The notes beneath the pieces are model-generated. The model worked only from the letters and a program-made list of their open reading frames with translations, was not told the origin of the DNA and did not search any database. This document shows positions 14,377 to 26,653 of a stretch of 64,000 nt of DNA, in pieces (within the stretch, counting starts at the first letter, position 1; every line of letters begins with the position of its first letter). The position numbers were made by a program, and so were the translations under genes. Origin of the DNA: Felis catus (taxonomy: Eukaryota); contig NC_058369.1 in NCBI RefSeq assembly GCF_018350175.1, positions 372,001 to 436,000 of the forward strand, written 5' to 3'.

Positions 14377-14885
14377 GGGCCTGCTGACGTCAGAACCATG
14401 CGGACGCACGGGCAGGAACAGGGAGGACGCTGAGGCAGGTGTCATGGGCAGTACCCACCCAGACACTGGACAAGTTCACGGGGCACGTTCTAAAGAACAG
14501 AGACCCCGGGCCACCCTGGACCCTTCGAGCCAGAACCTGGGGCCTCCGGAGGGGCCGCTGGGGGTCCAGGGAGGGCAGCACGTGAGGCCGTGAGACCCAC
14601 AGGTCTGTCTCGGTGGCTGCCTGGGGCACGTGGACAGGGGGCCGGCCCTCCTCCTGGAACCACCACTAGGCTCCGAGGGACAGAAAGCAGTCCCGGCTGG
14701 GCCGACAGGCACCAACTCGCGGCTTCAGGCCGCGTCCACCCCTGCCCCGTCCGTTGACGGGACACGACCTTGGCCGATAAAGCCCGGAAGGCCGTGCTTC
14801 AAGGATGCCCGTTTCTTGATGTACCCGATGAAGGTCGGGGGTGTGTGGAACGTTCTGTCGCCGAGAGGGCCTAGGGGCCCCCCGG

Positions 14886-17791
14886 TCAGGGGTAGCTGAG
14901 GGGCACCCGCCGCCAGAGCCCCCCGCACAGGCAGTTCTTGATCCAGCGCTGTTCCCACTGCTTGACGGCCGTAGTCTTATTGGGTGACCTGAGCATGGTG
15001 ACGCAGCCACACCTGGGGGCAGAGCCGGCAGGGTGAGGCGCAGGGGTGGGGGGGTGGGGGGCCTGCCCTCCGCCCTGCCACTGGGCCTCTGCACGTGCTG
15101 CACCCCCACCGCCAGAGCACCGTTCCCGGAGCCGCCCGACACCGAGCTGGCTCCGCCACACCTCTGCGTCCCGGCTCAGCCCCGTGAGTGGCCACGGGTG
15201 TGGGGTTTGTGAGTCCCGGCCTGGCCGCTCCCCGGCAGCGTGACCCTGAGCGCCAGAACCTGCTCCCGGTCCCGGGGTTGTGTGGCGGCAAGTGGGGCTG
15301 CGTCTGCAAAGCGCCGGCCTTCGTTTCCGCACCCGCCGGGTGACGGAGAGCTCCCCCGGGGCAGGCTCGGGCTGCGGGCACAGCTCGCCACCGATGCCCC
15401 AGGAGAGGGTGCTCAGGAACCCCCAAGGCGGCCGCGGCCCTCGCTGGGAGGCGCTCCCACGACCCGTGTTCACAGGCAGGGAGACAGGCTCGTGGCGGGA
15501 AGCCACCGGCCCCGGGACAGGGCTGAGGGCGGGTCCGCGCGGCGGGCGCTCACCGGGTACAGGCCTTGCACTCCTCCGTGGGGTAGGCTCCCAGGTGCAG
15601 CCTTCGCAGGTGGTCGATCTTGGGCTGGCCCGGCGCCCTGGCGGACGAGAGGGGACACGTGAGGCACGCACACACCAGACACAGGTCATCTCTGACGCGT
15701 GCCCTCTGCCCGCACACTCAACGGCGCCGGAAAGCTCTGGAAGCCACCGAGACCCGCGGGGAGGGGCCGAGAACTGCGTTTGAATGTTTCCAAAACAACG
15801 CATTTTAAATCTCCTCTTCTCTTAAAGTTTTTCCCGAAACCCAAACCCAAATGAGTCAGGCGGTCCCTCCCACGGCAACACAAGAAGGAAGCTGCCAGAA
15901 GGGGGCGGGCTCAATGCCCGAAGCATCACACCCAAAGGGGGCCCCCGGGTTCTGACTTTCCTCCTTTGGCTCATCTGCGATTTCTGAAATTTCCACCCAA
16001 AGTAATGGACCTCGCAGAGGATTCGCGGGTCTCTCTTCACCACGTGACCGTCCAAAACGGGGAAGCACCTTGTGCGACCTGGGGTCAGTGACCACACCTT
16101 TCTCGCCTGAAAAGTGGGGACAAACCCCTGCCCCGTGGTGCTGCTGCGCAGCGAGGGCTCACACGGGAGTCTACACTAGGGTGACTGCCCCCTTACGGGG
16201 GCAGAGGCCGCAGACCGGGTCCTCAAGGTCAAGCACACGGCACTCCACGCAGGGGTGACACGCCAGGCGGAGGGCAGGACACGGCCGAGCGCAAAGACGG
16301 AGAAAGGCGGCGGGGGAGTCGGGGACGAGCGGGGCGTCTCTCGGGGACAGCGTTCAGGCGGAGCCCCGAAGGCGGCACCAGCAGGGCGCACGCGGAGGGG
16401 GCGAGGCGGAGCCGGGCACACACCTGCTGAGGCCGTCGGGCTGCACGGTGGCGCAGGCAGGCAGGGCGGGGGCCTTGCCGAACTGCAGGCGCAGCGGCTG
16501 CTTGGGCTGCAGGCGGCTGACGAGGCCGTCGCTGACGGGCAGCCAGTCCAGGCTGGGAATGAGCAGCTGGCTGGGCAGCAGGCAGCACTCGTCGACGAGC
16601 GCCTCGTCCGGCTCACTCGTGGGGCCCTCGTCACGGCCTGCGGGGAGGGGACCGTGGGGGCGTCGCGCTGGGCGGCCCTGCCCGGAGCGCTGCCTGCCGG
16701 GGGCGGGGCACCGAGGCCTCCTTGGAGCTCGGAGCAGCGGTCCCGGGCTCAGGCCCCAGCTCTACCCTGACCTCCCGAGCGTCAGGACCCACTTATTCGT
16801 TTAACAAGTACACAGGGAGCGCTGGGTGTCCTTCCGAGAACAGGGCCTGCCGCAAACACGCGACCCGGTGACACAAGACAAGCAAACGGGCGCAGACGTT
16901 TAGCGAGCACCTGTGCTGGGCACTGGGGACCACGACCGTTTAAGCTGGGGGAGCCTGTATTTGGGGAGTGGGGCGTCTCAGCCAGGACTCGTATTTTGAT
17001 GGGGGACGAGAGCCGAGGGCTGGCGTCTTACAGCAGATCCAGAGCTTGGTGAGCAGGCGGAAGAGCAGGGACATGCTGTCTTGGGTGTCTGAGGTGGCCG
17101 TGTACACGGGCAGGCAGCTGGGCTTTAGCAGGCCCCAGATCCGGATGACGACCATCAGCTCCCGCAGCATGCCCAGCGAGGTGCCGTCCCGCAGGAAGCT
17201 GTGTCCCGGCCGCAGCGGGGAGCCCTGTGGGGGAGGCACCCGGGCCACAGGCCTAAGCGCGTGCAGCATCCTAGGACCCCGGTGTGCGGGGAGATGGGCC
17301 GGCTTCCCTCGCACAGGCCGGGGGAGCCCCGGGCACCGGCCCCCGGCTTTTCTGACGCGCAAGGGACGGACGGCCCCGGCTCCTGGACGCCACGCAGTGC
17401 CAGCAGGGGACGGGAAGCGGTCCCCCCTGGCAGGTGATGCGTGCGGGGGTGGGGACGCAGCCCGCTGGCTCTGGCAGCAGCGCAGCCGGGACCATGGAGG
17501 CGGCCTGGGGGGAGGCGCCGCACCTGGTTGGGCAGACTGGCCAGCAAGTAGAGCACGAAGTCGCCCACCCACTGCAGGAGCTGCTGGAGCGCCTGCAGCG
17601 TGTTCATGTCCAGGACGAACTCTTCCGTCTTGAGGTTGATCATGACCTTGTCGATGTCTGGGAGGAGACGGGAGGTCAGGCGCCCCCCGGCCTCACGGTG
17701 CACGCACCCGGGGGCCGCGCCGACGCCCGGCAGCACCCACTGCGAGAGCCGGGCCCTGGGTCAGAGCGGCTCCTCTCCGGCCCCGGCCCCG

Positions 17792-17827
<36 letters not shown>

Positions 17828-20800
17828 CCTGGCCCGACCGATGCTCCCCTGGGGCGAGCCCGGTGAGGGCCGGGGCAGCACCCACCGGCATCCGTGATCT
17901 TGGCGCAGACCTCGGTCAGCCGGTCGCCGGGGCTCTTGTCGGGCGTGTTGAGGAAGTGTGGGCGCAGGAGGGACTTGAGCGTGGAGCTGACGGCCACGAG
18001 GAAGAGCTTGGCGTGGTAGTCGCACACGCGGGCCACCGTGCAGGGCGACAGCTTGCACAGCGAGGCCTTCATGGCCAGGATCCGGGTGGACAGGACCTGG
18101 GCGGGCAGGTGGCGTGAGCGGGCGGCCCCCGAGGGGCCCTCCCCCGTGGGGCGGGGCGGCAAGTGTGAGGGGCGGGGCAAGGCGGCAAGTGCGAGGGGCG
18201 GGGCAAGGCGGCAAGTGCGAGGGGCGGGGCGAGGGGCGGGGCGCCCTCCCCCCCCCCCCCTCCCCGCCTCCAAAGAGGCCCTCCACCTGCTGCAGGGCCG
18301 CGTTCTGGCGCGTGTACTCCTCGTGCAGCCTCTCCACCAGGCTCTGCACCATGGCGGGCTGCACGTGCAGGAGGGTGTCCCACCAGTCGTAGCCGGTCAC
18401 CATGCAGTACTCCAGCAGGAAGAGCAAGTGCCGCAGGGCCAGGCTCACGTCCAGCGCGTGGCCCATGGAGGGCGAGATGCGGAGCATGCTCAGCTGCAGG
18501 GGAGGGCGGGGTGGGGAGCGCTGCGGGACCCCGCACCCCCTCCCCGGGCCGTCCCGCCTGCCAGGGGGTGGGGAGGCCGCACGCGCTGTGTCTGCGCTGC
18601 GGCGGCACCTCCGAGGCCCCACCACACCCGCACGGGGCTTCTCGGGGACCGGCCTGTCACCAGGCTGCGTGGCCGGCGCGGATCCACTCGAGGGCCGCGG
18701 GGGTCTCCGCAGAGACACAGACCCTGTTCTCCGGAAGCGGAACGCCTCACGCCAGGCCGGGCCCGTCTCCTGGAGACCCCAAGGGCGGAGCAAAGGAGCA
18801 AGGGATTCGCTCACGAGTCAGGAGTCGCAACGTGAATGCAGAAGCCGGTTTCCCAGTCAGCACGGGAGGCGGGGGGGGGGGATGGGCGGGCACGGCCACA
18901 GGGTGAGCGCACACAGCTCGCCCCTTCCTCCAGGCCCCCTTCCTCCAGGCCGAGGCCAAGTCCCCTCCGGGAACAAGGACACCCGCTGAGCACCCACTAC
19001 GCTTACTCGCTTCACCGCGCTTGATTCCAGAAATCCTACCTGAACAGCAACCACCCCAACGGCTCCTGCTGAGCACCTACTAGGCGCCACGGACCACGCC
19101 GGAGCTTTGATTAGACCTCAGAGGCGACGGCCTCGGGCCGGCGAGCAGCAGGGAGGCGGCTCTGAAGCTTACCTTCCCGTGGTTGTCGATGCCGACCAGG
19201 GCCAGAGACGTCCAGGAGAGCTGCATGGCCTTGAAGTGGACGGCGGGGCCGGTGGTCCGCGGGCGCTTGATGGCCGGCTCGTCCGCGGAGCGCGGGGCCG
19301 CAGAACTGTAGAAGACGGCCATGCTCTGCAGCGACAGCCGGTGCACGATGTGGACGCTGCCGTCGTGAAAGGCCAGGGCCAGCCCTATAGGCCAGAGCAC
19401 AGGCGGCTCAGCCGCGTGGGGGCCCGCCCAGCTCCCCACGGTGGGAAGGGACCGCCCAGGGGAGAGGCGTGGCCCCAGGCCGCCCACAGCCCACCAGCCG
19501 TCCCCCACAGCCAGCCGCTTTCCCCGCATCCTTTGCCAACAGCCCCAGGTTCGGGCTACGCCCCACCTCCTCCCCGAGGTGTGGCTGATGGGAGCAAATG
19601 GGTTCCTTCCAGGGAGACGGTGGGAAGGGACGGTGAATGCAAAGGTCCCGGGGCCCAGGAGCACACAGGGGCCTCGAGGGGAGGATGGGGGGTGGGGAGG
19701 CCTAACCCCCACGACCAGTGGGCGGCAGGGTTAGGGCTCACGTTGAGTCCTGACTCACTTGAGGTCAGGGACACCTGCAACTGAGCCCAGGACCGACACC
19801 TGAGGCGCCATAACAGAGCGCTGCCTACCTAAAAAGTCCGCCCCAAGTTCCCAACCTCTTCCTTATTGGTCACTAACAGCCCTTTATGCACGCAGTGTTC
19901 CGTTAGCCAGTCTCACGGCCCGGGAGCGTGTGGGATCCCGGAAGCGGGGCCACCTGGCGGACAGGGGCGGGCCCCATGGCCCTAAGACTTGAGCCCCGGG
20001 CTCAGAGCCCACCGCCCCCAGGGGCTCGCGCCAGCTGTACCGAGGCCGGGGTAGAACTGGGTGTCGCTGGCCACCTTCAGGTCAGTGTTGGTGAGCGAGA
20101 TGGGCAGCTTAGGCAGCGCCACGGCAGACACGCGGTCCAGGTCGTTGGTGGCCGACAGGATCCGCCACTTGAGAATCATGGGCTGTTTGTCACCAACTGA
20201 AAAGGGGGCCGGGGGAACGGGAAAACAACAACAGAATGAGAAATGCCACACGGCGGACCCCCGCCGGGGACGCCAGGCACGGCCGCCCCAGCACCCCCGT
20301 CTCCGGCCCTGCGCTGGGAACCCGGCCCCGCTCCGCCCTCGAAGCACTCCATAGCCCAGGCAGCGGAACGGTCCACGGCAGGCACGTGACACACGTGGGC
20401 CACCAGTCCTGCCCCGGGACCTCGCCCGACCAGGAGGCCACAGGCAGTGGGAGGGAGGCCGCCGTGACCCTGGCTGAAGCCGGAGCAGAGAAGCGGGGTG
20501 CACCCCACTCCCGGCCACCACAAGCCCTGGCGACACAGCCAGCTCGCAGTGCGTCTTCTCGTGACAGGACAGGTCCGGGGCGAAGCCCAGCTCGGCCCGC
20601 CTGCTAAGGCTTGAGCTGGACGGTCGAGGGGCCACAGATCCGCGCCCCCTGCACCCACACCCCCCAGCAACAGGCAGAGTGGCTTCCGGGAGTCCCGGCG
20701 TGGCTAGAGGGCGCAAGAGGAGACACAGGGTGGATTTGCCGGGACGTGCCTGGGCAGGCAAGCCCGCGGGGACACGTGGCCACGGGGGGCGATCAGCACG

Positions 20801-23800
20801 GCCCACGCTGCCGGAAGGTGACGGCAGGCACACAAACCAGGTAGGAGCGGCGGAGGCGGTGCCCCCCCCCCCCCCCGCCCCGAGCCGCGCGGGGCCACGG
20901 CTGTGAGCCAAGTCGAGCTGGTTGTTACACGGCACAACCAACCGTCAAACAGCGTCTCCCAGCCGCCCACCTGTCTCGAGCGCTCGGCTCTGAACGGCTT
21001 GTCACAGCTCATAAACCTGCCGCAGACCCGAGCCCCCCAGGGGAAACTGAGGCCCAGGGGGCACTGAGACTGCCCGAGGCCAGAGTGCAATTTCGCATCT
21101 AACAAGGATGACGTCCAGACAGCACCCGCGGGCCGGTGGTCACACCGAGCACTGCACAAATGCTACGCGATGGCTGTGGCCAGGCTGGCCCTGGGGCTGG
21201 TCACCCACTGCACTGGGGCATAGGGACCGTGCAGACCTGTGTGGCCCTGCCCGCCACACACGGTCATGCCGGCCGCCAGCTACGAGCTCACTCGGGACGC
21301 GGGGTCCGGGGAAGGTGCTCATGCTAACCACTGGGCCCCTGCAGCGGGCAGCTTCTGTAACCACCCCGTGGCCCCCGTGGGGGGGCAGGAGCCGCGGGGC
21401 CTCTTGACGTGGCTTCATCGGTAGTTCCCGCTTAGCACCCTCCCGAGCAGACAACCGCTCCAGGGTCCATTAGCGCTAATCAGCAGAGAGCCCTGCTCTC
21501 ATCAGCTGCAAATGCTATTTGTGGGCCCCGGGGGGCCTTCATCCCCTCTGAGCTCCAGCGGTGAAAATCAAGTGGCTTTTCCGACTTCGCAGTCATTAAA
21601 GGCTGGGCCAGCACGTCCCGAGCTCTGTCGGGGAGCGGGCACGGTCTTCAGGGAGGCTGGCACCATCTGGAGCCACCGGGGGCTCCACATTGAGTGCAGG
21701 GACAGGGGAGGGGGAGGTGAGCCATTGGGTCCGTCCTGGGGAAACTCCGTCACCCCCTCTGGGTCTGTTTCCTCACCGTAAACCAGGGTTTCTGGAGGGT
21801 TCTGTTTTTAGGATTAGGTGCCCTCTGTGGCCCAGGGGACTGTGTGTACCCCCAGCCCTGCCGCACCGCCTGCTTGCTCCCCTTTGCTCAGCCCGCTCTA
21901 GCTCCTGCCTCATGCCCCAGGACCTTTGCACCACAGCTCCCTCAAGCAGGCACATGCTCCCCGCAGGAGGTGTGAGAGTGAGGCAGTCAGGCGACCCGCC
22001 TGTGGGATGACCGGGTAGGACCTCGCCTCTCTGAGCCCCGGGTCAGGTGGCTGTCTGGGACAGGAGCGAAGAGGCTGCGTCGGCAGGGGTGAAGAGGGTG
22101 GGGCAGGCTGACACGGCCTGGCTGCTCGGAGCAGCTCCCTCACGCTGCCCCGGGAACGGGGAGACTCACCCACAGGCGAGATCTGCTGGAAGACGTTGTT
22201 CACGGGAAGCCCCTCCTTCCGCAGAGACCAACATTCCACGATGCTGCTCGTCTGGCTGGACGCACACAGGAGCACCTGCGGAGGCGGCCGCTGGTCCGGA
22301 GTGTGGAGCCGGAATGGCAGATTTCCCCCAGGGGAGAGCAAGGGGGAAGCTTCACGAAGCCGGGGCCTTACACTGGAACCCGGGGTGACCGCTGGACAAC
22401 TGCCCCAGAGACGTCCCCGTCCTGGTCCCGGGACCCGCAGGCTGTGGGGCCCGGCGTCCTCACGAGGTCCCCACGAGGGTGGGGCAAAGGGTCAGAGGCA
22501 GAGAGCCGGGTGGACCCCACGCTGCTGGCCGTGAGGATGAGGAGGGGCCGCGAACCCAGGACGGGGCGCCTCGGGAAGCCAGAAGAGGGGGACACAGGGC
22601 TCCCTGGGGCCCCGGGGGGGGGTGTTAGCCCCACGTCCGACCCCGGACCCCAGAACTCGCGGGGAGGAGCGTGCGGCCAGGGGAGCGGGCCCGGGGCCGG
22701 ACTCACCTGCTCTGACATGTCACGGGCCAGGAACTTGAGGTGGGTGATGGCGGGGAACTTGTCCTTGCGGTTGAGGTCGGTGGTGCAGCGCATGAACAGC
22801 GAGGGCAGGATCTCGGTGTCGATGCGGCACTTCTCGCTGACCACGCTCACACACACCTTGTAGAACTGCACGGGGGAGGCGCTGCTGCCGTCCGCGGTGG
22901 CCACCACGATGTTGCCGCCGCCCGTGAAGGCGATGTCCGCCAGGGCCACGCGGCCACGCAGCCGGCACAGACTCTCCGTTGACGTCAGCACCTGCCCGCT
23001 GGGCTTGAGCAGGGACACGGTGACCAGGCCGCTGACCGTCACTGCGATCCAGCCCTCCATTGGCTTGCCGCCGAATAGCGTGAGGGACGGCGAGAATTTG
23101 ACGCGGGAGAACTTCTCGCCAAAGCTGGAGGCGCCCGACTGTGGGGGGAGAAGGGAGCACGGGGTCTGCTTACTGCCGATGCTGGACCCAGCTGAGGACG
23201 TCAGCAACAGATGGCCTGCCCAGACTTTAGGGGTCTGCCCTTTGTGACCTGACAACCCCCCCTTGGGGTGTAGAAAGAGGAATTCTGGGGTGCACTGGAT
23301 TCTGAGAACAGCTGTCAGTTAAATGAACAGTTCACTGAGGATACCAGCCACCAGCTGAATGGAAGGTTCATTAAGGACAGCAGCCATCAGTTAAATGGGG
23401 GCTCACAGAAAACACAGGTGCTGACAGCCTGATCGAAGGCATGAATCGGGCGAGTTGGGCCGGGACTACAAAAACCAAAGGGTGCTGGTGGCGGGAGAGG
23501 AGGAGCCAGATGGCGGGGGGACAGGCAGGGTGCACGGTCTCACCTACTGCAATGGCATCGGCTTGCTCGGGTGAACACCCACCTTTTCCACGTGCAATGC
23601 CAGCTTCACCCCATTGTGCAGCCAGGACAGCGCCACGATGGGGTCCCCCTCCACCAAGCTGCCCACAGAGCTCTCCCAGCTGTTGGCCAGGTGGTCGGCC
23701 ATGCTCCAGCACTTGATCTGCCCGTCGGCATCAGCCGACAGGAGCCGGGAGCCTGTGGACCACAAACCCACACTGCAAACCCTCAGGGTGCACAGGGGCA

Positions 23801-24965
23801 GCGATTCCAGTGTGTTCAGGGCCTGGGAGGGGCAAGCTGGTGGAGGCTGAGCAGGGGAGTGGCATAAGGTGTGTTCGCGGGGACGTGACAATTTTAACAG
23901 ATTGAGGGTTCAAGTCCCAGCTGTGAAGTCTGGGGACGTGACCAGGAAGAGACAGAGTGTGTTACCCTGAGATTCAGGATCGAGGGAGAGCATCGCTGTC
24001 CCCCTCAGTCATGCAGAACCACCCGTGCCCAGGCCGGGCCTCACCTGACTGGTCCCACTCCAGGCAGGTGATGGCCTCGCTGTGCTCTGAGTTGACGGAG
24101 TGCACATCCCAGGGGTGTTCCGTATCCAGGATGTGGATCATGCGGGTGAGGTCTGCGGGGACAGCACACAGCACAGCAGCGGTAACAACCAGGAAGCTAC
24201 GACAACCCCGGGAGGGGTCAAGGATGAATCCAGCGACCATGCCACCCACGGGGGAGTCAGGGGCATCTGCTGCTGACCACACAGACAGCCTCCACACAGG
24301 TGCTATGGAGGAAGAGGCTTCTGTGTTCCCTTGGAAACCGAAGCAGGCCTGAACCTGGCCACTAGCGTCACGGTGTTTTTATAAGAGACACAGAAAATAG
24401 AACAGGGAGAAAATGATCCCCAAAGGCTAACGATGGGCATCTCTCCACGGTCTCTTCCCCTTTAAATTTCTCTGCTTTTCTGTTTTTTTCCTAATACATA
24501 TTACCCAGACAGTAAAGGGAAAACAGCCCCCAACTAAGTACCTTAGACGTTTTCAAATGCAAGACAGTAACATGGACGGTCTGGAAGCCTTAGTGGACCC
24601 CGCTCCCCTTGCCCCATTTCATCCCTCGGGGGCGATTCCAGCACCAGGTATGGGGAGCACAGCATCTGGCCTCTGCACACCTGCGAGCCTGGCGTCCTCA
24701 CTACCCCGTTATGGATGAGAAAACCCTGAGAGGGCCCACATGGGTGAGGGGCAGCTCCCAGGCAGGCCTGGAGACCCAAAGTTCCCCCACAGGGACACAC
24801 AGGAGCGGGGCTGGGGTCAAGGAGGCACACACCCTGGTCGTCATTTCGAAGGTCGGTGGTGAAGGCAATGAGGTTACGGCAGGACCAGGCACAGGCCAGA
24901 GGCACCGACGGACAGTGGGTACTCTTGGGCCATCTCTCCCACTCGCAGACGTAAGCCAGATCCAT
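14886..24965 (-). CDS. MED16: Mediator subunit 16; complement(join(14886..15012,15554..15637,16424..16637,17032..17224,17524..17657,17886..18096,18287..18493,19173..19384,20041..20196,22170..22275,22707..23138,23583..23752,24045..24152,24833..24965)), 828 aa
   Basis: Begins [31 protein letters not shown] (ACAATGG context); internal WD40-like segments such as [15 protein letters not shown]; ends [25 protein letters not shown]. All 14 coding exons GT-AG with matching phases, total 2487 nt. Confidence 0.96.
17792..17826. repeat. C35 homopolymer in MED16 intron 10 (G35 on the sense strand)
   Basis: 35 consecutive C. Confidence 0.85.
18147..18240. repeat. About 26-bp tandem repeat in MED16 intron 9
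   Basis: GGGGCGGGGC(AAGGCGGC)AAGTG(C/T)GA, about 4 copies. Confidence 0.75.
19949..19960 (-). promoter_or_regulatory. Possible CTCF motif in MED16 intron 7
   Basis: The minus strand reads CCGCCAGGTGGC. Confidence 0.3.
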
Positions 24966-26279
24966 TGTGCCCACAGGCCACAGGTCACACCCCGAGGACA
25001 GTCACCAGCTCCTGGGGCTGGGGGGGGGGGCGGCGGAGACTGGCTCATCAGTGACATTCACTGAGTGCCTGCAGGATGCCGAGCTCCACACTGGACACCC
25101 GGTTCCCACAGGGAATGAAAGGAACCCAACCGATTCTCTACGATTCCCTGCCCTTGGGTCTCATGTGCTGTGTGATTGAAGCTGAATTTTAAACAGGGGG
25201 ACGGGGAGGTCTCATCAGGGAGACAACATCAAAGCAGAGGTGTGAGGGAGCGAGACACACGATGTCTGGGGGAAGGTGGAGGGGACAGCAAACGCAAAGG
25301 CCCAGAGGTCGGACGGAGCCTGGGGTGTTCAAGGAGTGGCCAAGCAGCCCAGGCAGCTAGAGCAGATGAGTGAAGGGAAAGGGGGCCAGAGGTGATGAGG
25401 GTGGGTGGTGGGGACGCTGGAGGCCTTCACCCTAGTGGGGTGGGGGGGGAGCCCGGGGAGGGCGATGAACTGTTTACATTTGCGCAGGACCCCTCGGGCG
25501 GGCTGGAGTGCACCACCAGGGGTGGGGCGGAGGGGAGTGCACTGGTCCCCGTAGGCAGCAATAAAGGCAGTGGGAAGCGCATGCAGAGGTCGGGCCTGGG
25601 TCCATCCTGGGGGAAGAGCTAGGAGACCCCATCCAGCGGAGGCAGAAAGTCGTGCCCGAGGCGGGACTTGCTGAGCCCAACAATGACAACGCTCTACGCG
25701 CAGGCACCGATTACAGGTTACTCCTTCTTTCACAGAAGTGCCATCAGCTCCCTTTCTCTGAGTCATGACCCCCAGGTCCCGCTACGTCTTCGAGCCCAGA
25801 CCAGGGACACCAAGGCCCCTCCCACAAGCCCCCCGCAAGTCTTTAAATTCTGCCCTCAAAGCCCCAGACCCCATCCCCTACAATCTTTCCTTTCCAGAAT
25901 CCCCTCCCAGTTTACCCCTTGAGCCCCGAGCCCGGCCTAAGCTCTCAGACTCCACCCCAGGGACCCCAAACCCTTCACCTGCCAGGTGTTCACGGGGCCC
26001 TCCTGGTCCCACCGCCAAATCCCCCATTATCCTCGAGCCTCACCCCCAGCCCGGGCCAGACCCCCAGTTAGTCCCCGGCTCCACGCAAGTTTCTGCCACA
26101 ACCCCCAGACCCCGCCCAGCGACCCCCGCCAGCCGCGCGCCCGGCGCCCTCTGACCCCGCAGGCCCCGCCCCGGGCCCACGGGTCCCCGCCTCCTCCGGG
26201 CTGCGTTCCCACCCTCCCCGGCCGCGGGCGCCGAGCGGACGCTGGCTGTCCCCTGCGGGCCCCGCAGCCCCGCGCTCAC

Positions 26280-26370
26280 CAGGCCGGCCCAGGCGCCAAG
26301 CCGAGCAGGCGGCCGCGGCCCCGAGTCTCTCTAGCTCCCCGGTTCCGGCGCCGCCATCTTCCCCGGGACC
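26280..26370 (-). other. MED16: MED16 non-coding exon 1 (5' end approximate)
   Basis: CTG|GTGAG donor at 26280/26279 inside a CpG island. Splices to the exon 2 acceptor at 25011. YY1-type AAGATGGCGG at 26360-26351. Confidence 0.75.
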
Positions 26371-26445
26371 AACGAGTCGCCCGCGCAGCGCGGCCGCTTC
26401 CCGGAGGCTTCTGGGACGGCGGCGACTCCGCCCCTCTTCCGGGAT

Positions 26446-26647
26446 ATTTGCATATGGGACTTTACAGCGTCCCAGCAGCCACCTGAGTTATATTTGGTGG
26501 AACAATGAACCACTTTTTCAGTTTCAGTGAGTGATCGCATTTGATCGCACTATATGTTGTAGGAATATAGGAGAAAGATGGATCGCTGACTCCTTTTAAA
26601 AGAATTCACCCTTTGTGTAAAGACATTTTCTTTGGGCACTATAAATA
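26446..26647 (+). promoter_or_regulatory. RNA Pol III type-3 (U6-class) snRNA promoter
   Basis: Octamer ATTTGCAT 26446-26453; SPH/ZNF143-like TTACAGCGTCCCAGCAGCC 26462-26480; PSE TCACCCTTTGTGTAAAGA 26606-26623; TATAAATA 26640-26647. Octamer-to-PSE spacing 160 nt and PSE-to-TATA spacer 16 nt match U6 promoter architecture. Confidence 0.85.
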
Positions 26648-26653
26648 TCCTTC

